Below are positions 39,022 through 51,950 of a DNA stretch of 60,000 bases, one piece after another (the first letter of the stretch is position 1; each line of letters opens with the position of its first letter). Origin of the DNA: Laetmonice hystrix. Taxonomy: Eukaryota. The stretch covers positions 32,986,001 through 33,046,000 of the forward strand of contig OZ249436.1 of assembly GCA_965235115.1 (NCBI GenBank), written 5' to 3'. Made by a program: the position numbers and the translations under genes. The notes below the pieces were generated by a model. That model saw only the letters and a program-made list of their open reading frames with translations. It searched no databases and had not been told where the DNA came from.

Positions 39022-39399
39022 CTGGAGCTTGACAAATTAATAAACGTCTGCATGAATTAAACATGACCATACATAAAGAAAACCTTACTTGTCGAAATGC
39101 CATAAAACCACGGTCACTCACTCACAAATTAAACCAATCATTCCAGAGAAATTTTTAACTGATTTCATGCGTAAATTCACCAGCTCGTCAGTATAGATTT
39201 ATGGCTTTTGCCTGGTACTTTCAAAAGCTGACCGAGGCTAGTCAGTTGTCACTTCATTAATAAAAGGAAGTTAATGGAATCTGGAAAAACACCTTCCGTT
39301 AAGCACCTTGCACTACACTTTGATCAAATCAACATAAAGCTCAGTGTAGCATGAACAATATAATATAAATGTCGGAGTCCGAACTCCCAGTGTCCCAGC

Positions 39400-39876
39400 T
39401 CGGGTTTAATGTATGACTTCATACGAAATAGTCACTTCGTCTGTTGGTTTTTCTGACACGAGCCGTTAAAAAAGTATCAAAAATTTAACTGACGTTCTTC
39501 TGCTACTGTCGTTTAAAGGACGGACTTATCACTTCGGGTTGTGGGGATGGGGGTAAATCCTAGACAGGGAACCCCCGTATTATTCCTTAGGGATCATAAA
39601 CGTTTATCCACGCGGCCGCTGTTACTCCAGAAGTGCATTTTAAATCCGGTGTGGTCTGTAACACGTCTAGTACCAAATGGTGCTGATTCTTTAAGGTCAG
39701 GGGAATTGTGATGCTTGGCCAACTTTCTCAATCTCTCAATCGTCCCTTGTAGTGGTGGGTAGATACTGGAGGGAAATCATGTCCATCCTAATCTAATTGG
39801 CGGTCAATGCAAGGTTGAGATGGTCAATGCAAGGTTGAGATTGCAGTCGGTAATCATCGGAGATAGCATCTGATCA
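39400..39876 (-). pseudogene. Second decayed LINE endonuclease fragment (I/Nimb-like)
   Basis: LTISTLH*PP, GFKMHFWSNSGR (cf. GDFNAH..WGS..N.RGR) and SDYF (SDHF). Confidence 0.3.
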
Positions 39877-39962
39877 TGAAATCAGGAGTTCATCTTTGCA
39901 TTGGTAAATTTTTATCAGCGTGTATTTAAAAAAAAACAAAAGCAAAAAGGAAAAGGCCATGG

Positions 39963-40783
39963 GCCAACGGTTGGGCGTGTAAGGTTCATGTTGATCCTTA
40001 TATATCCAACCGTTGGACGTATAAGGTTCATGTTGATCCTGATACGCCCAACCGTTGCGCGTATGTTGACCAACCGTTGGGCGTAATGTTGACCAACCGT
40101 TGGGCGTATGTTGACCAACCGTTGGGCGTATGTTGACCAACCGTTGGGCGTATGTTGATCATTAGATGTCCAAGCGTTGGGCGTAATCTTGACCAACCGT
40201 TCGGCCTATGTTGATCTATATATGCCCAACCGTTGGGCGTAATGTTGACCAACCGTTGGGCGTACGCGTAATGTTGACCAACCGTTGGGCGTATGTTGAC
40301 CAACCGTTGGGCGTATGCTGACCAACCGTTGGGCGTGTGTTGACCAACCGTTGGGCGTATGTTGATCCTTATATGCCCAAGCGTTGGGCGTATTTAAGAG
40401 TGGTGCTGAACCAAAAGGCACAACGGTTGGGCGAATAAGTATCAACATGACCTTCTATTCACAACGGTTGGCATGGGTGTATTAGGTTCATGTTGATCCA
40501 TACGAATGCATTTTTTAATGGATAAAAAAATTAAACTAGATTTAGACGATATTCGGTGATGGTTTTAACGTCGAAAGTAAAATATGAAATGTTCTAATTA
40601 TCTGAATCCAAAAGCCAGATGAACTGACAAGAACCAGTTTAGGCGCCTTCTATCGCGAAAATGACGTAATAAAAAACGCTTCCCATTGGTCAATAGTAGT
40701 TGAGCGTAGACGGGACATGTCATGGCTAATACCCCAACGGTTGGGCGTATAACCACTCCGAAGTAAAAAAAACGCGACTCTGT
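39963..40783. repeat. 22-bp subterminal-type tandem repeat of a probable DNA transposon end
   Basis: Unit ATGTTGACCAACCGTTGGGCGT with palindromic core CCAACSGTTGG. A last copy at ~40733-40750 precedes a candidate terminus ...CGCGACTCTGTG (reverse complement CACAGAG). Confidence 0.8.
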
Positions 40784-42442
40784 GAGTATCTATATGCAAA
40801 ATTAATATCACAAATTCCCTATTGGGCCTTCTTTAAAACGACATCTTGCAGTTTTTATTCCCCCGATGATATTGTGTTGTGTGAACTTTCACCCGGCGTA
40901 GGTATCGGTGAGATATAAATTTGCATACATCTTGTCACAGGTTGCCCTTTGTATTCCCATGGGGACAATAAGTCGCCAGGGCGTCACACGTTTCAACGTC
41001 GATGATCTTAAACACGTTGTGGCATGGCCCTGGTCTGGAGACAAGGCCGCTGTCGCCACGTTTGACATGTTCTAGCACTCTAGCCGGTAGCAAAATTACA
41101 AAGGCTGACATAAAAAGTGATAAAGGCAACAAGAGTTAATGAAAAACGTATACTTAAGGACAGGTGCTACTGTGAGGCCAAAATTCTTTCCAGACAATTT
41201 TTTTTAAAATTTTGCAGATAAACAGAGTATGTTCTCCTATTTCAAAATTCAGCAAAAAAAATGACACCTCACCGGGTTAGTTTTTTTGTTAAGAGCTTTT
41301 GAAATTGGTATGTTCGTCATGTTATTAATACACTTTTAAAAAAAGAAGTTTGCAAACAGTGTATTTATTCACATTTTTGTGCCAAATTCGGCCAGTAAGC
41401 CTGCTAATATCCATGTTGACTTCCTAGGGCATAGGTTTCCAGTAAATCATTGGTGGGTACTTTTCCCATCGCTCGAGCTAGAATCATACACGCTGACATA
41501 CTCTGCAGTATTTCGACGTCAATGTTTCCCTTTATAAGCTATCTGAAGCTAGTTAATTAGCTCTAACATACCCGCCCGACGATTGTTATCAAAGGCCTCG
41601 TCAACCGACAACAACTGACATCAAGCAAACAATCCGACGTTGGACAAGAAGCGAACCATTCTTCCTGCGTCAGCACGTTTCATTATTGGCTGGTCTCGAA
41701 GAGAAGAACAGTTTACTGTATAGCCTAAATGACTTTTCTTTAATGCGCGCCAGTGTTAATGCCTGTACATTGTGATCGTAGGGCAGCCATAATGGACTGA
41801 TCTAAAGGTCTCCGAGTCACGATCCATTCACGGCATTCAACGTTTTGATTGCTTAATTACAAGCCATGGATGTGATACAGAGGATGCCCCACAGCACAAT
41901 GTATGTCGTCTATGACATCTCTACCCTCTCATCATATAGATACATTGGAATTGACATCGAAAAAATTGTCTTTGAAACCAGATGAAACGCATTTACCAAT
42001 GAATATGATAGACCTCATGACTGTTAAATAATTTGGAACGAAAAAATATAAATAAAAAAATTCTTGAAAAGGATTAAAACAATAAACGATAAAGATCATG
42101 AAGAATAAGAAAGGAGAAATGTTGCTTGCTCGCTCCAGGTAAAGACAAAAATAACCAGCTTGTAACGTCAGCCCTGAGGCAATTTCGTGCACCTTCGCGC
42201 AGAGCAACCAAATTAAACCGAAAAATGATACACATTTACGCTGATTGCTTGCCCTCCAAATCCGCCCAGCACACAGGCACACGTCTTCCTATCTGGTAAC
42301 AGAAGCTCCTGGATTCGGTCCTCATTTAGTGTCCACGGGGTCACCAGCGCATTAACTCGAATACCGCACAGACACCTGCGTTCTCGCCTCTCTACACGGA
42401 CTACTTTTCTGGGTCGCGTCCTCGACCTCACGACAGCACACT

Positions 42443-43042
42443 CACTGGCTACACACTGATCATCGTAACGCGCGTTACGCTGATCCAAGATGGAGGAAGG
42501 CAGGTCTCGCTTCAACTAAAACTAGGCGTATTTCAAGCAGTTCCGTGTCTCTGATTCATCTGTAAGACGTCCTAGTTGTTTATTGTAATGGTGGCATCAT
42601 GTTTGGTGAACCTCGGCGCCTGAGATTGCCTAGAAATCTCAAAAATCGCTCCGAAAACTTTCGCTGTGATACCCGTAACGCGGACAAGCATGTTGACAAA
42701 TGATACCCGTAACGCGAATTATTGATACCCGTAACGCGACTCATTGCTGGTTAGCCTGCCATTCACTCGTAAGCTGTACTGACTTTATTCTTCGTCTTTC
42801 AAGTAGAAAAACCATTCTCACCAGTTTTCGTTTGAAGGGAATTTAATTGTTTGTGTTATTTGAAATCTTGTGCAGGTTGTGGCAGAGTTTTGACAGTTTA
42901 ACTTCATGTAGAACGGAGTACGTTAGCGGTAGCCACGCTTGCAAACGCGAATACTTCCAGCCTGTGGCGAGTTCCACTGCCAAAATAAACCACCAAATTC
43001 GCCACGCCTGCAAATTCCAGCTGTCTCCAGTTTATAGCCCAG

Positions 43043-43073
<31 letters not shown>

Positions 43074-45611
43074 ATGCACGCCTGATCCACCACTGACTGT
43101 GGTTGGAGCACGTGTGTCGGTGTGACATGTGGGTGGTCAGAGACCAGGGTGACCGACCCACCCGACCCGGTCTCTCCGCCAGGCCAGGCCAGCCGCCCGT
43201 ATGCGTCTGTTCCCCCTTATAGTCTACTACGGACTACCCCAGGTCAGGCCGGCCCTCAGTACTGGCCCGTCTCCCCTGGGTCCAGTAGGCTATATCTGGG
43301 GTGAGTTTATGACAGATGCCAGTCAGCCTGTAGGAGTAATATAGGCCTAGTTTAATCTATCCCGATTACCTGGCAGGCTGAGTGTACCAGGAGAGGACAG
43401 GCGACACATAGCATGGCTGAGGTCACATGGCATGAAGGTGGGGAGGCAGCTCGGCCGCTCAGTACGGGGGTCGGGGGTGTGAGGGGTGGGGGCTGTCAGG
43501 GGGGGGGGATCGCTGTGATGAGAGGGTATTATAGCCTAGGTACCCGTCAATAGACCGTTTTCCGTTGCCGGTTGCTATGCTGCCTCGTTTTGAAACTCGG
43601 TGCAAGCGCCTAGTTGACGACCGATGTCCGCCATAGTTAAACTATGGACAATCACTCGAGAGAGCTAATTTTGAACTGCTCACAAAACCTTGCAAAATAG
43701 AATATTTCGAAACTTGGACCGGCCCCCGACTACGATCATCCCTCCAAGAACGCGGTGTGACTATTTCTGGGTATAATAAAGCGGCACTGGTATAGTTATC
43801 AAGTTGTGTTTGGGACCTCGAACTGCCGATCGACAGCAGCCTGGCTGACATACACGGTCCGGCTGACTGGTCTGCCGGGGGTCAAGCGCCGCGGGTGGCC
43901 GGGGCGCTTGTTTAGGTGCAAGGCCAAGGGGTAGCCGTTCACCAGGAGCTTTTCGTTTGCGGCATGCCATCATGACCAAAACAAATTATTAGTTTATTAA
44001 TTTAAAATGTATTTTTATTGAGGCAGGAACCAGCTGTTGATTTCTCAATTTTAGGTATAGGCCTATTCGTCAGTAGCCTATTTTTTTACATTTAAGGGGA
44101 GATATTTTACATAGCCTAGGCCTATATCAATTTTACATAGCATATATAGGGGCCTAGGCAGAATGTTACATCTACTGGGAGAACGAAGATTTTTTACATA
44201 CGGGCAGAATTTTTACACATTGCGGGAGATTTAGACGGGCAAATATTTTTAGGGCCTGTTACGATAGTTTTACACATGTAGGCTATGAGGGGAATTTTAC
44301 ATAGGGTAGAGATCTACGGGTTGTATAGGCTAGCCCTGCTCTCTGTCGCACGGGTCCGGCCGTTCAACTTCACACCACGATTAAAACTTATTTCTGCCTG
44401 TTACCGAGATTCCAACTGACTGTATCGTATCACCCCCATTGTTTTATTAATCTGGCCACCCCGAACTGCTTATATTGACACGGAGAAACTCAAAATCCCA
44501 GATTTGCTCAACACCCCTTTCTTCGTTGTTCGCTATTGCCCAAGCGCTAGCAACGCAGTGCGCTTGCACCGACTTTGGCGTCGCTAGGGAGCTTGTAGGT
44601 GGCGCTAGTAGTAGTTCGGAAAATGGTCTATTTGGGCCAGGCCTCCTCTGAGGTGTAGGTGTAGGCCTACTGTACTGGATCCCAATATTCTTGCTGCTCA
44701 AGAGGGCCACTTGTGTAGAGTTATCCTCGAGATATAGGACAGCTTATTCCCCCAAAAACGTTCACTAGGCCTACACACAGCTGGCAAATGAAAGTACATG
44801 TACTTTATATTATACAGAGAAATTAAGACTGTATAATACATGTATAATGAACTCTGGTTACCTAAATAAAAAACATTAATTTAAAACAACTGTGGCTAAA
44901 ACTTTTTCCCTGTGGCTAGTTCTTTTCCTCAGTTGTTAGCCACTGTGGCTAATACCCAAAATTCACTAGCTACTGCACCCTGACTCCTCAGGAGTCAGGG
45001 TGCTCTACCCCGGGGTACTGGGGAAGGACAAAGCATCTCGATCTCTCATGGTGCCTGCCAGGCATGTCTTAGATTCGTGACCCCGCCCTGGGGTCCACAC
45101 ACACTCTGTATGGTAACACCTATAGTATAGTATAGTATCACACACGCTGTTAATCCGGGCCCTATTATATACGTGTACCTCATGGTTTTACCTTCATACT
45201 GAAGTAGATAATGCTCATTACAAAGTTGAGATTCATTATCAGATCACGAGCCGATGTTGAAAGTCGTCTACTCGTCTACGTAAAAACCTTTAGGCTCAGT
45301 GAAAGGTTTAGGTGCCGCGTTACGCCTATCCTGTCACCAAATTAAACTTGCGTTACGGGGATCAGCGCTGCGCGTTACGGGTATCATCGCCAAATCTTCT
45401 GCGTCCATTTTCTCTTAATCTACGCCCGTGTAGGACCCCAAACTGAGACAAACGGCAGGCACACATTGTTATCATGATATTCAGATGTTGTTTTATGTTG
45501 TTGATGCACCGTAGCCCTTGTAACTTGAACAAAAACACGCGAAGCGAGCATCGGGATCGTCCATCTTGGATCAGCGTAACGCGCGTTACGATGATCAGTG
45601 TGTAGCCAGTG
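42443..45611. mobile_element. Non-autonomous Transib/RAG-like-superfamily DNA transposon (3169 bp)
   Basis: 52-bp perfect TIR CACTGGCTACACACTGATCATCGTAACGCGCGTTACGCTGATCCAAGATGGA, 5-bp TSD ACACT (42438-42442, 45612-45616), three GATACCCGTAACGCG-type subterminal repeats at each end in inverted orientation. Confidence 0.85.
43552..44629. mobile_element. ISL2EU/PHIS-like non-autonomous element nested in the Transib-like element
   Basis: AT|AGACCGTTTTCCG ... CGGAAAATGGTCT|AT: 13-bp TIR with one mismatch and AT flanks. Confidence 0.6.
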
Positions 45612-47160
45612 ACACTTCACTGAGACATCGTCCAATAAACTCCTATTTAGGATGCAAATACAGCGACAGCAGACGAGCCGTAGATAAGTAGAATCGGAGA
45701 GGGAATGCCAAACGAACTAGGCATGTGGAGTAGATTTTCTGGTCCAGATTTTGTTAAGAATCATCTGTCATCTGTTATTATTATGTAGACAGAAGAACGG
45801 CTACACCAGACCTGACCGGTAAATCTATAGTATTGTGTGGTGAAAACAATAGAGAAATGCAAGATTTCCTATCACGTCTTTTTGTGTCATTCCTCTAATT
45901 TGGGAAATGGCTCTCTATGAGAGACGTGATAGAATCCAATAAAAGAGTTAACTAAATTCCACCGCCTGATGTTTGCTTTTGACTAATGGGAATGTTGTGG
46001 GCGGATCCCATATTTCCGAGCGTGTATCTATAGACTAGATAACAAAATATATGACATGCATTTACAATACTCATATTCCCGACTTTAATAATATTGATCA
46101 GTTTATGAATAAAATAAATGTAAAACTAGTGACATCGGACCCAGACACGTCAATGTTAGGTATGCGGTAAACAAAGTTGAAATCCATGCTAAATTCATAC
46201 TTGGTCATATTTCAACTTTTGCATATATTTGCATTAGCTCGACGCATTCCTCAACCCACAATTCCCCTCCGCCACCGCCAAAACGTTTAATGTTATGTTA
46301 TTGGTGTTTTCCCCCCTCGTTTTTGTCAAACCACTTTTACAGAATTCCTACAGTAGAAAATCTGTATGAAACGAGATTCCTATCTACATGTGTAAACAAA
46401 AACAATTTTTCATCATTCGATCGTGTCAGATCCACTTGTGACTTGGGTGCAATGTTTTATACATGTACCTTAGCCTCAATCCAAGTGTGGCTACATTATG
46501 TTATGCCATCTTATGAGTTCTGGGGTGCAGAATGGTGGGCCCCATTTCCAGACACAGGGAAGGACAGCCAGGAAAAATTACAGAGTGAAATTCCACCGTT
46601 AAATCAAAAATCCTATGGCCGTCGCAAGGAAACTCGCCTTTGTGGACATGGCCCTATTCGCTGCCATCACGTGGAAAGGGCTCATCCGAGAGGAGAGTGA
46701 TAAATTAGGTGGATAAACTCCGTAATGGATGACCTTCGATGATATGGGTCGGTATCATGTTTAGAGGTAACACCTTGACAACCTAATTGTGTTTACAACC
46801 TGCACATGGCAAGTGTTCCTAAATCCCAAACACACTCGGCCCATTCATTAGCACCATGCAGAGACTGCTGCTTCTGTGTATTTCCCTTGATAAATATTTC
46901 CTTTTCCTACACGACATTTCGCATGCGTAATTAATTTCCTGTCGTCGGGAAGTTATTAGACCGTCAATGAGGTTTAAGTTATTTACGCCAGCTCGATGCC
47001 GTAACCAAGCCTTGAACCGACAGCTGGCGACTGGTACCTTACCGAATCAGCATCTCCCTGGGCAGCCAGGTGGACAATATCTGCAAGTGTGCATCCACGG
47101 GAGCGTCCAACCAACCTTTTCTTTACTTGGCCACTGTTTGGCCTTCCTGTTTCTTAGAGT

Positions 47161-47250
47161 TCCTACCCCCCCCCCCTTCCTACCCCCCCCCCCCTTTCCT
47201 ACCCCCCCCCCCCTCCTACCCCCCCCCCCTTTCCTACCCCCCCCCCCTTC
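47161..47250 (-). repeat. C-rich low-complexity repeat (G-quadruplex-prone on minus strand)
   Basis: Five CCTACn units with C runs of 12-13. Confidence 0.9.
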
Positions 47251-48284
47251 AATTTATTAAGCTCCTACACCTCGCTATAAATATACCACTCTCGATACGC
47301 GAAAACATTGAAAACCTGTATTAAAACTTCCTGAAAATTTTAGCTCATAATTATAGACAAATAACGTACGCATGGCGGAACCATGCATCATATTTGTATG
47401 CACCTCGTCATTATGTATGTGCATAAAAAATTGATCTGAAATCCATTCCAAACAATTCTAAGAATTTCTGGTAGCAAGTATTTGGGTGTAGATTATCCGG
47501 GACACTATCATCACCTGCATGGAATTACTGGTCATGACGGGATTGGTGTCGGCAGAATCCAGCTGGGCTTTACGCGATACAACCATGCTTTAATCCCCTT
47601 AAGTTGGAGCCATCATCCTATCTAAGCTGTAGTATCTCAAGGCATGCAAGATTACAATCTATCCCATCATTAGACGGTTTCCCCTTTTTGCATTTGTGTT
47701 TCGATGTTTCTCTCATTAATATAGATCTATGTAGGCATATATAGATAGGGAGGCTACATAGCAGATGACGTCCCCAGTTTCTGTGGTTCTAATCACTATC
47801 AGTTCAAGCCAATAAACATTTGATCACAATCATTCCACCAGAAAGATTAAGTTTCACAAATATACTGACACATCGTCAGGAATTAATACAGTTAAAATAC
47901 CATAACTCGCAAGCTCAAGTTGACGTCGAGACTGTACTTCTTCAGCTGGTCGGGCAGATATTGTGTAGGCGAAAGAGTAAAGGGAATAGATCTTCGATTT
48001 TCAGCCTTAAAATTACAGGTATTTGCTCCAAGGTTGTAATTTTGCCACGTTAACGTTCTTACTGATTGGCACAACAAGTTAGAGAGGTTTGGCACGACGT
48101 TGACAGCGCATGTACGTGCCCGCGAGTGTTTGTTGCGTGCATGACGTCATCACTTTGTGTGACATATAGTGACACGGATACGTTAGGCGAGACAAGAATA
48201 CGTTACGTTTTCCGTATGAAAGCCGATTGACAAGTGGGTTTTACGTATCGTTATTTCTTTATTTCGCAATCAAAGAAGTGATAA

Positions 48285-48500
48285 CTATCTCGTTATTACG
48301 ACTTAGTGTGTCATTATTACAACATAGCTATCTCGTTATTACGACTTAGTATGTCGTTATTACGACTTAGCTATCTCGTTATTACGACTTAGCTATCTCG
48401 TTATTACGACTTAGTGTGTCATTATTACAACATAGCTATCTCGTTATTACGACTTAGTATGTCGTTATTACGACTTAGCTATCTCGTTATTACGACTTAG
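48285..48500. repeat. 21/22-bp tandem repeat with a 108-bp higher-order duplication
   Basis: Units CTATCTCGTTATTACGACTTAG and variants; a five-unit block is repeated exactly at 48285 and 48393. Confidence 0.93.
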
Positions 48501-51500
48501 TAGAAAAAGAAGCAGAAGAAGAAGAAAAAGCTATTAGGGCCTACTGATGGCCATTACTGACAGCTATTGAGCCACATTAAAAGTGAACATTGGCGCGTAT
48601 TTAGGAGGTCTTGGTCAGTTGAATGAAGTCGCCCATTGGCACTGGGTAAACCGGTGACACATACCTGCGGTAATCGCAGTAGCGTTTGACGCACGCGGTT
48701 ACCTGATGCGATGAACGGACGGCAAACATGCGGCAACACATGACACATACAAGCGGCGAAACCAAAACGTCCATTCGTCGCAATAAATTTTCTTCACCAA
48801 CCCCCCGAAATAATTTGTTTCCGGACGATGAATTCGTTTTGCAGCCCTGTAAAATGATTTGCAGTGGTTCTAGGGGTTCTAGGCTATTGGGAGAGCAGTG
48901 CAAGGGACACCCTGTCGTGACCCCCTGAAATACCGCATTTACGCCTTTTTGGGATATATGTCGATGATGACATGATAACAAAGTAAATGTGCCTGGTACA
49001 TGGGTTAACCGGGTTCCTACTGCATGATTCCTATACGGGCCAATATGTCAGTAACATGTTACCATCACACAGTCTAGCTACTGACCGCTCAATTCCGTTT
49101 GTAGTGTACTTTTGATTGCCTCCCAGGCATTTTGACACTTTTCTGTGTCATTTTAGATAGGCGTGTCTCCTGACACCCTCTATCAGCTCCCCAACCTGTT
49201 GCTTTGTCAGGGTTGTATATTCCCGCGTCATGGTTGGTGTGAGGGCTTCCCCAATTTGACGTCATAATATGGAGTTCCCCTTCCGTTTACCGGAGCGTTC
49301 ATCGCAAAAATTGGGCAGTGTTGGAAAATTGCGATCAACGGATCCGTTTGATCGCACCCGATAATCGTGGCCGGAGGTGTGTGTCATGCTTGGTGGGTGG
49401 GTGGGTATTTGGGGTTTTACGCCTTGCAACAGCCAGGGTCATATCACGGCGGTGAAGATGAGATGAAAGTGTCATGCTTGGTTGTAAACCATAATGTCCA
49501 ATCCCATTTGGACGGATGCGATGACTGGACGCGGTGTACGGATGCGGTGAACGCTTGTATGTGTCACCAGCTTAAGGCAATTTAACGGATGTCGACGTCG
49601 ATCCCACGGACGCGCTGTCTCACTCGGGATTCCCTCGGGATTCCCTCGGGCATATGACGTCATTTTTTATGTCTATCCAAGCTGGCAAAACTGAATGTGT
49701 CGCGGCTGCTAAGAACGATCGAGACTGCAAATCTTCGGAAATTATCCATCCTTCCTGATGGACAATCCCGCGCTTGGCCGGATACCGTCGATCTGTGAAC
49801 TACTTTGGGCACTACGCGATTTGTGTTGTGCCCAAACCCGTGGAATCTACGTTATATCTCTACATCTTGCGAGGTCCGAGACTACAACAGCAGCGAAGCG
49901 ACCGGAAGTCGAGGTTTTCCGAATGGCCGAGGATCATTGACTGTCCCCTTACGTCCGCTGTTACCATTCGGGACTCCCTCGGGCATATGACGTCACTTCC
50001 TGCTATTCGAATATACCCTCGGGTGGAATAGCGGCCATGTTTGGCAACCAGATACATGGCCAAATGGGGGTGTGTAGCGAGGCACTGAGTGAACCGTCAT
50101 ATCCCATCGAGCCAGGAAGTAGTGCATTATTGACACCTGCTCCTTCGGCGTTGTATGTGCAAATATAAATTTCTGGTATGAAGGGGAACGTTTGAAGAAG
50201 AAAAATGAATCACCCAATTTACCTAAATGGGCGTCAATACGGTAATTTATCAAATTCTGGGAAGCAATATGGCCGCGCCCATGTACATCACTGGCCCGAC
50301 ACATGGTAGGACTACTTGTAATCATGTTGTAATTTAAGTTGTATCATGACATGATACTATTGTAATATTGCCCACTGACTTCGGGGAAAGCATCGTAGGC
50401 CTATTTTAGTTGCTTCCATGCCTGATGCAGACAAAATACTGCAAGCACTGCCATGCTATCGAGAGTCCCGGCTAAATGTACCCGCGATGCAATGCTCAAA
50501 ATGGCACCTATTTCACCCGAGGCTACTTTCGAAGATATGGCCCAGGATTCCCGAATGCGCTGTTACGTGGCATGGCTCATACGGATACGCGCACGGAAAT
50601 TACGTGCTGCCAAACCTCTCTAATATCGATGTCGTATGTTAAAGTACTGAAGATTTGGTATTCATGACGTAACCGTATGCGTAATCGTAGGTTGTTACGG
50701 AATCACCAGACATAATTCCTACTTGAGTCATGATTGGATAATAATGAAGGCCCACTAATACCAAAGGTCGTAGAGGTGGTTCGAAACACTACGGGTCACT
50801 CTTCCCCTTCTTTTAGTCTTGCGTGTAGGCCCTACAACATGGCTACCGTAGGCCTACTAAAATACTACCGGGCAGGCCGAATTTGTCAATCCAAGACTTT
50901 TACCAGCATAAACGTATCTTATAATTTGATACCTAAATGTGTCTTATTGATACCTAAACGTATCTTATAATTTGATACCTAAATGTGTCGTAGATCCGAA
51001 GGAAAGTACGTTGATCGAGAGGATGCACGGCGACAATATATGCCGTAACAAGGGGTACCTACTTAAGACCAGGGTTTCTTCCTAAAAGTACAGCTTGAAA
51101 AGAAAAAATGTATAGAGAGACCCACCAGATATGTAACACCATGGGCATCCTTGAGGGGAGTGGCACAACGTATACGTGATAATGTTGGTGCCACTTTTTG
51201 GATGCCTATTTACACATTTCTTTGTAAAGTGTTTGGATCATGGGTATTGTTTATCTTTGCGTCGGGAAATGAACTGAGCGCTATGCAAGCTGACCGTTCC
51301 AGTAATGTAAATGCAGTGCCCAAAAACAACGTATCCAGTAGGTGGTCCTGGCCGTTGGAGCCGCAACGGGCGTGAAGGAAGACGCTTGTCGCCCAGGCTA
51401 ACCCACTCTGTTGGTCCAATAATTCACATTTAGAACGTTAAAACGTTTTGAGTTGACGTTTCCATTTCTGGTATACGATAACAGTGGCAGTAGACTATAT

Positions 51501-51696
51501 CACATATTGGACTTGGTAAAATAGGTTTCCATTAATAAATCTGAATGGAGAAGGTTGAGGGTGCCGCTTGTGTTATACGGCCTGGACGGGCCTGTTTTGT
51601 GTTGAACAACGAGTCTATAGCTCATTGTGGATTGCATTCGAAGGGGCATTATAAGAGGAACTTATTATTTCAGAGAAAGGCGGGCGACGTGTTTAA

Positions 51697-51950
51697 AGCC
51701 CAATGTTCACTAAGCCGATTTTCACGTCGTATGGGCATCGGCGATGCATCGCCAACAGTGCCACGATTCGTGTGAAAAATCGTCATAGTGGACAGAGCCA
51801 CACGATTTTCCACACAATGCCGGGGAGCATCGCCGGTACGATTGGCTAAATCCAATCATCGCACGTGAGAAGTCACACGATAAGGGGGCACACTCTATAT
51901 TATTTCAGGAACTACATTGCCACGATCAGAATCGGCTGAGTGGACGTCGT
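51697..51950. mobile_element. Degenerate Harbinger-like MITE
   Basis: TTCACTAAGCCGATT ... AATCGGCTGAGTGGAC inverted ends and internal AAAATCGT/ACGATTTT symmetry. Confidence 0.4.

Larger units (their letters stand above)
41158..45690 (-). pseudogene. Decayed Kolobok-like element with KolX/P2X7-C-terminal-like cysteine-rich gene remnant, split by the Transib-like insertion
   Basis: TTAA|GG terminus at ~41154-41159. Removing 42443-45616 restores EVCCREVEDA, followed by VNAL.TPWTL and AVN..ETF...CTG (cf. ECVCC.E...NCLNPWVL...CAVN.IRETFP...YTGF). Confidence 0.4.

Noticed and set aside
38418..39121. 211 and 227 aa ORFs
   Set aside because: Minisatellite translations.
39963..40450. Palindromic 22-bp repeats as a CRISPR array
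   Set aside because: Units are mostly contiguous, and the few inserts are related to each other rather than unique spacers.
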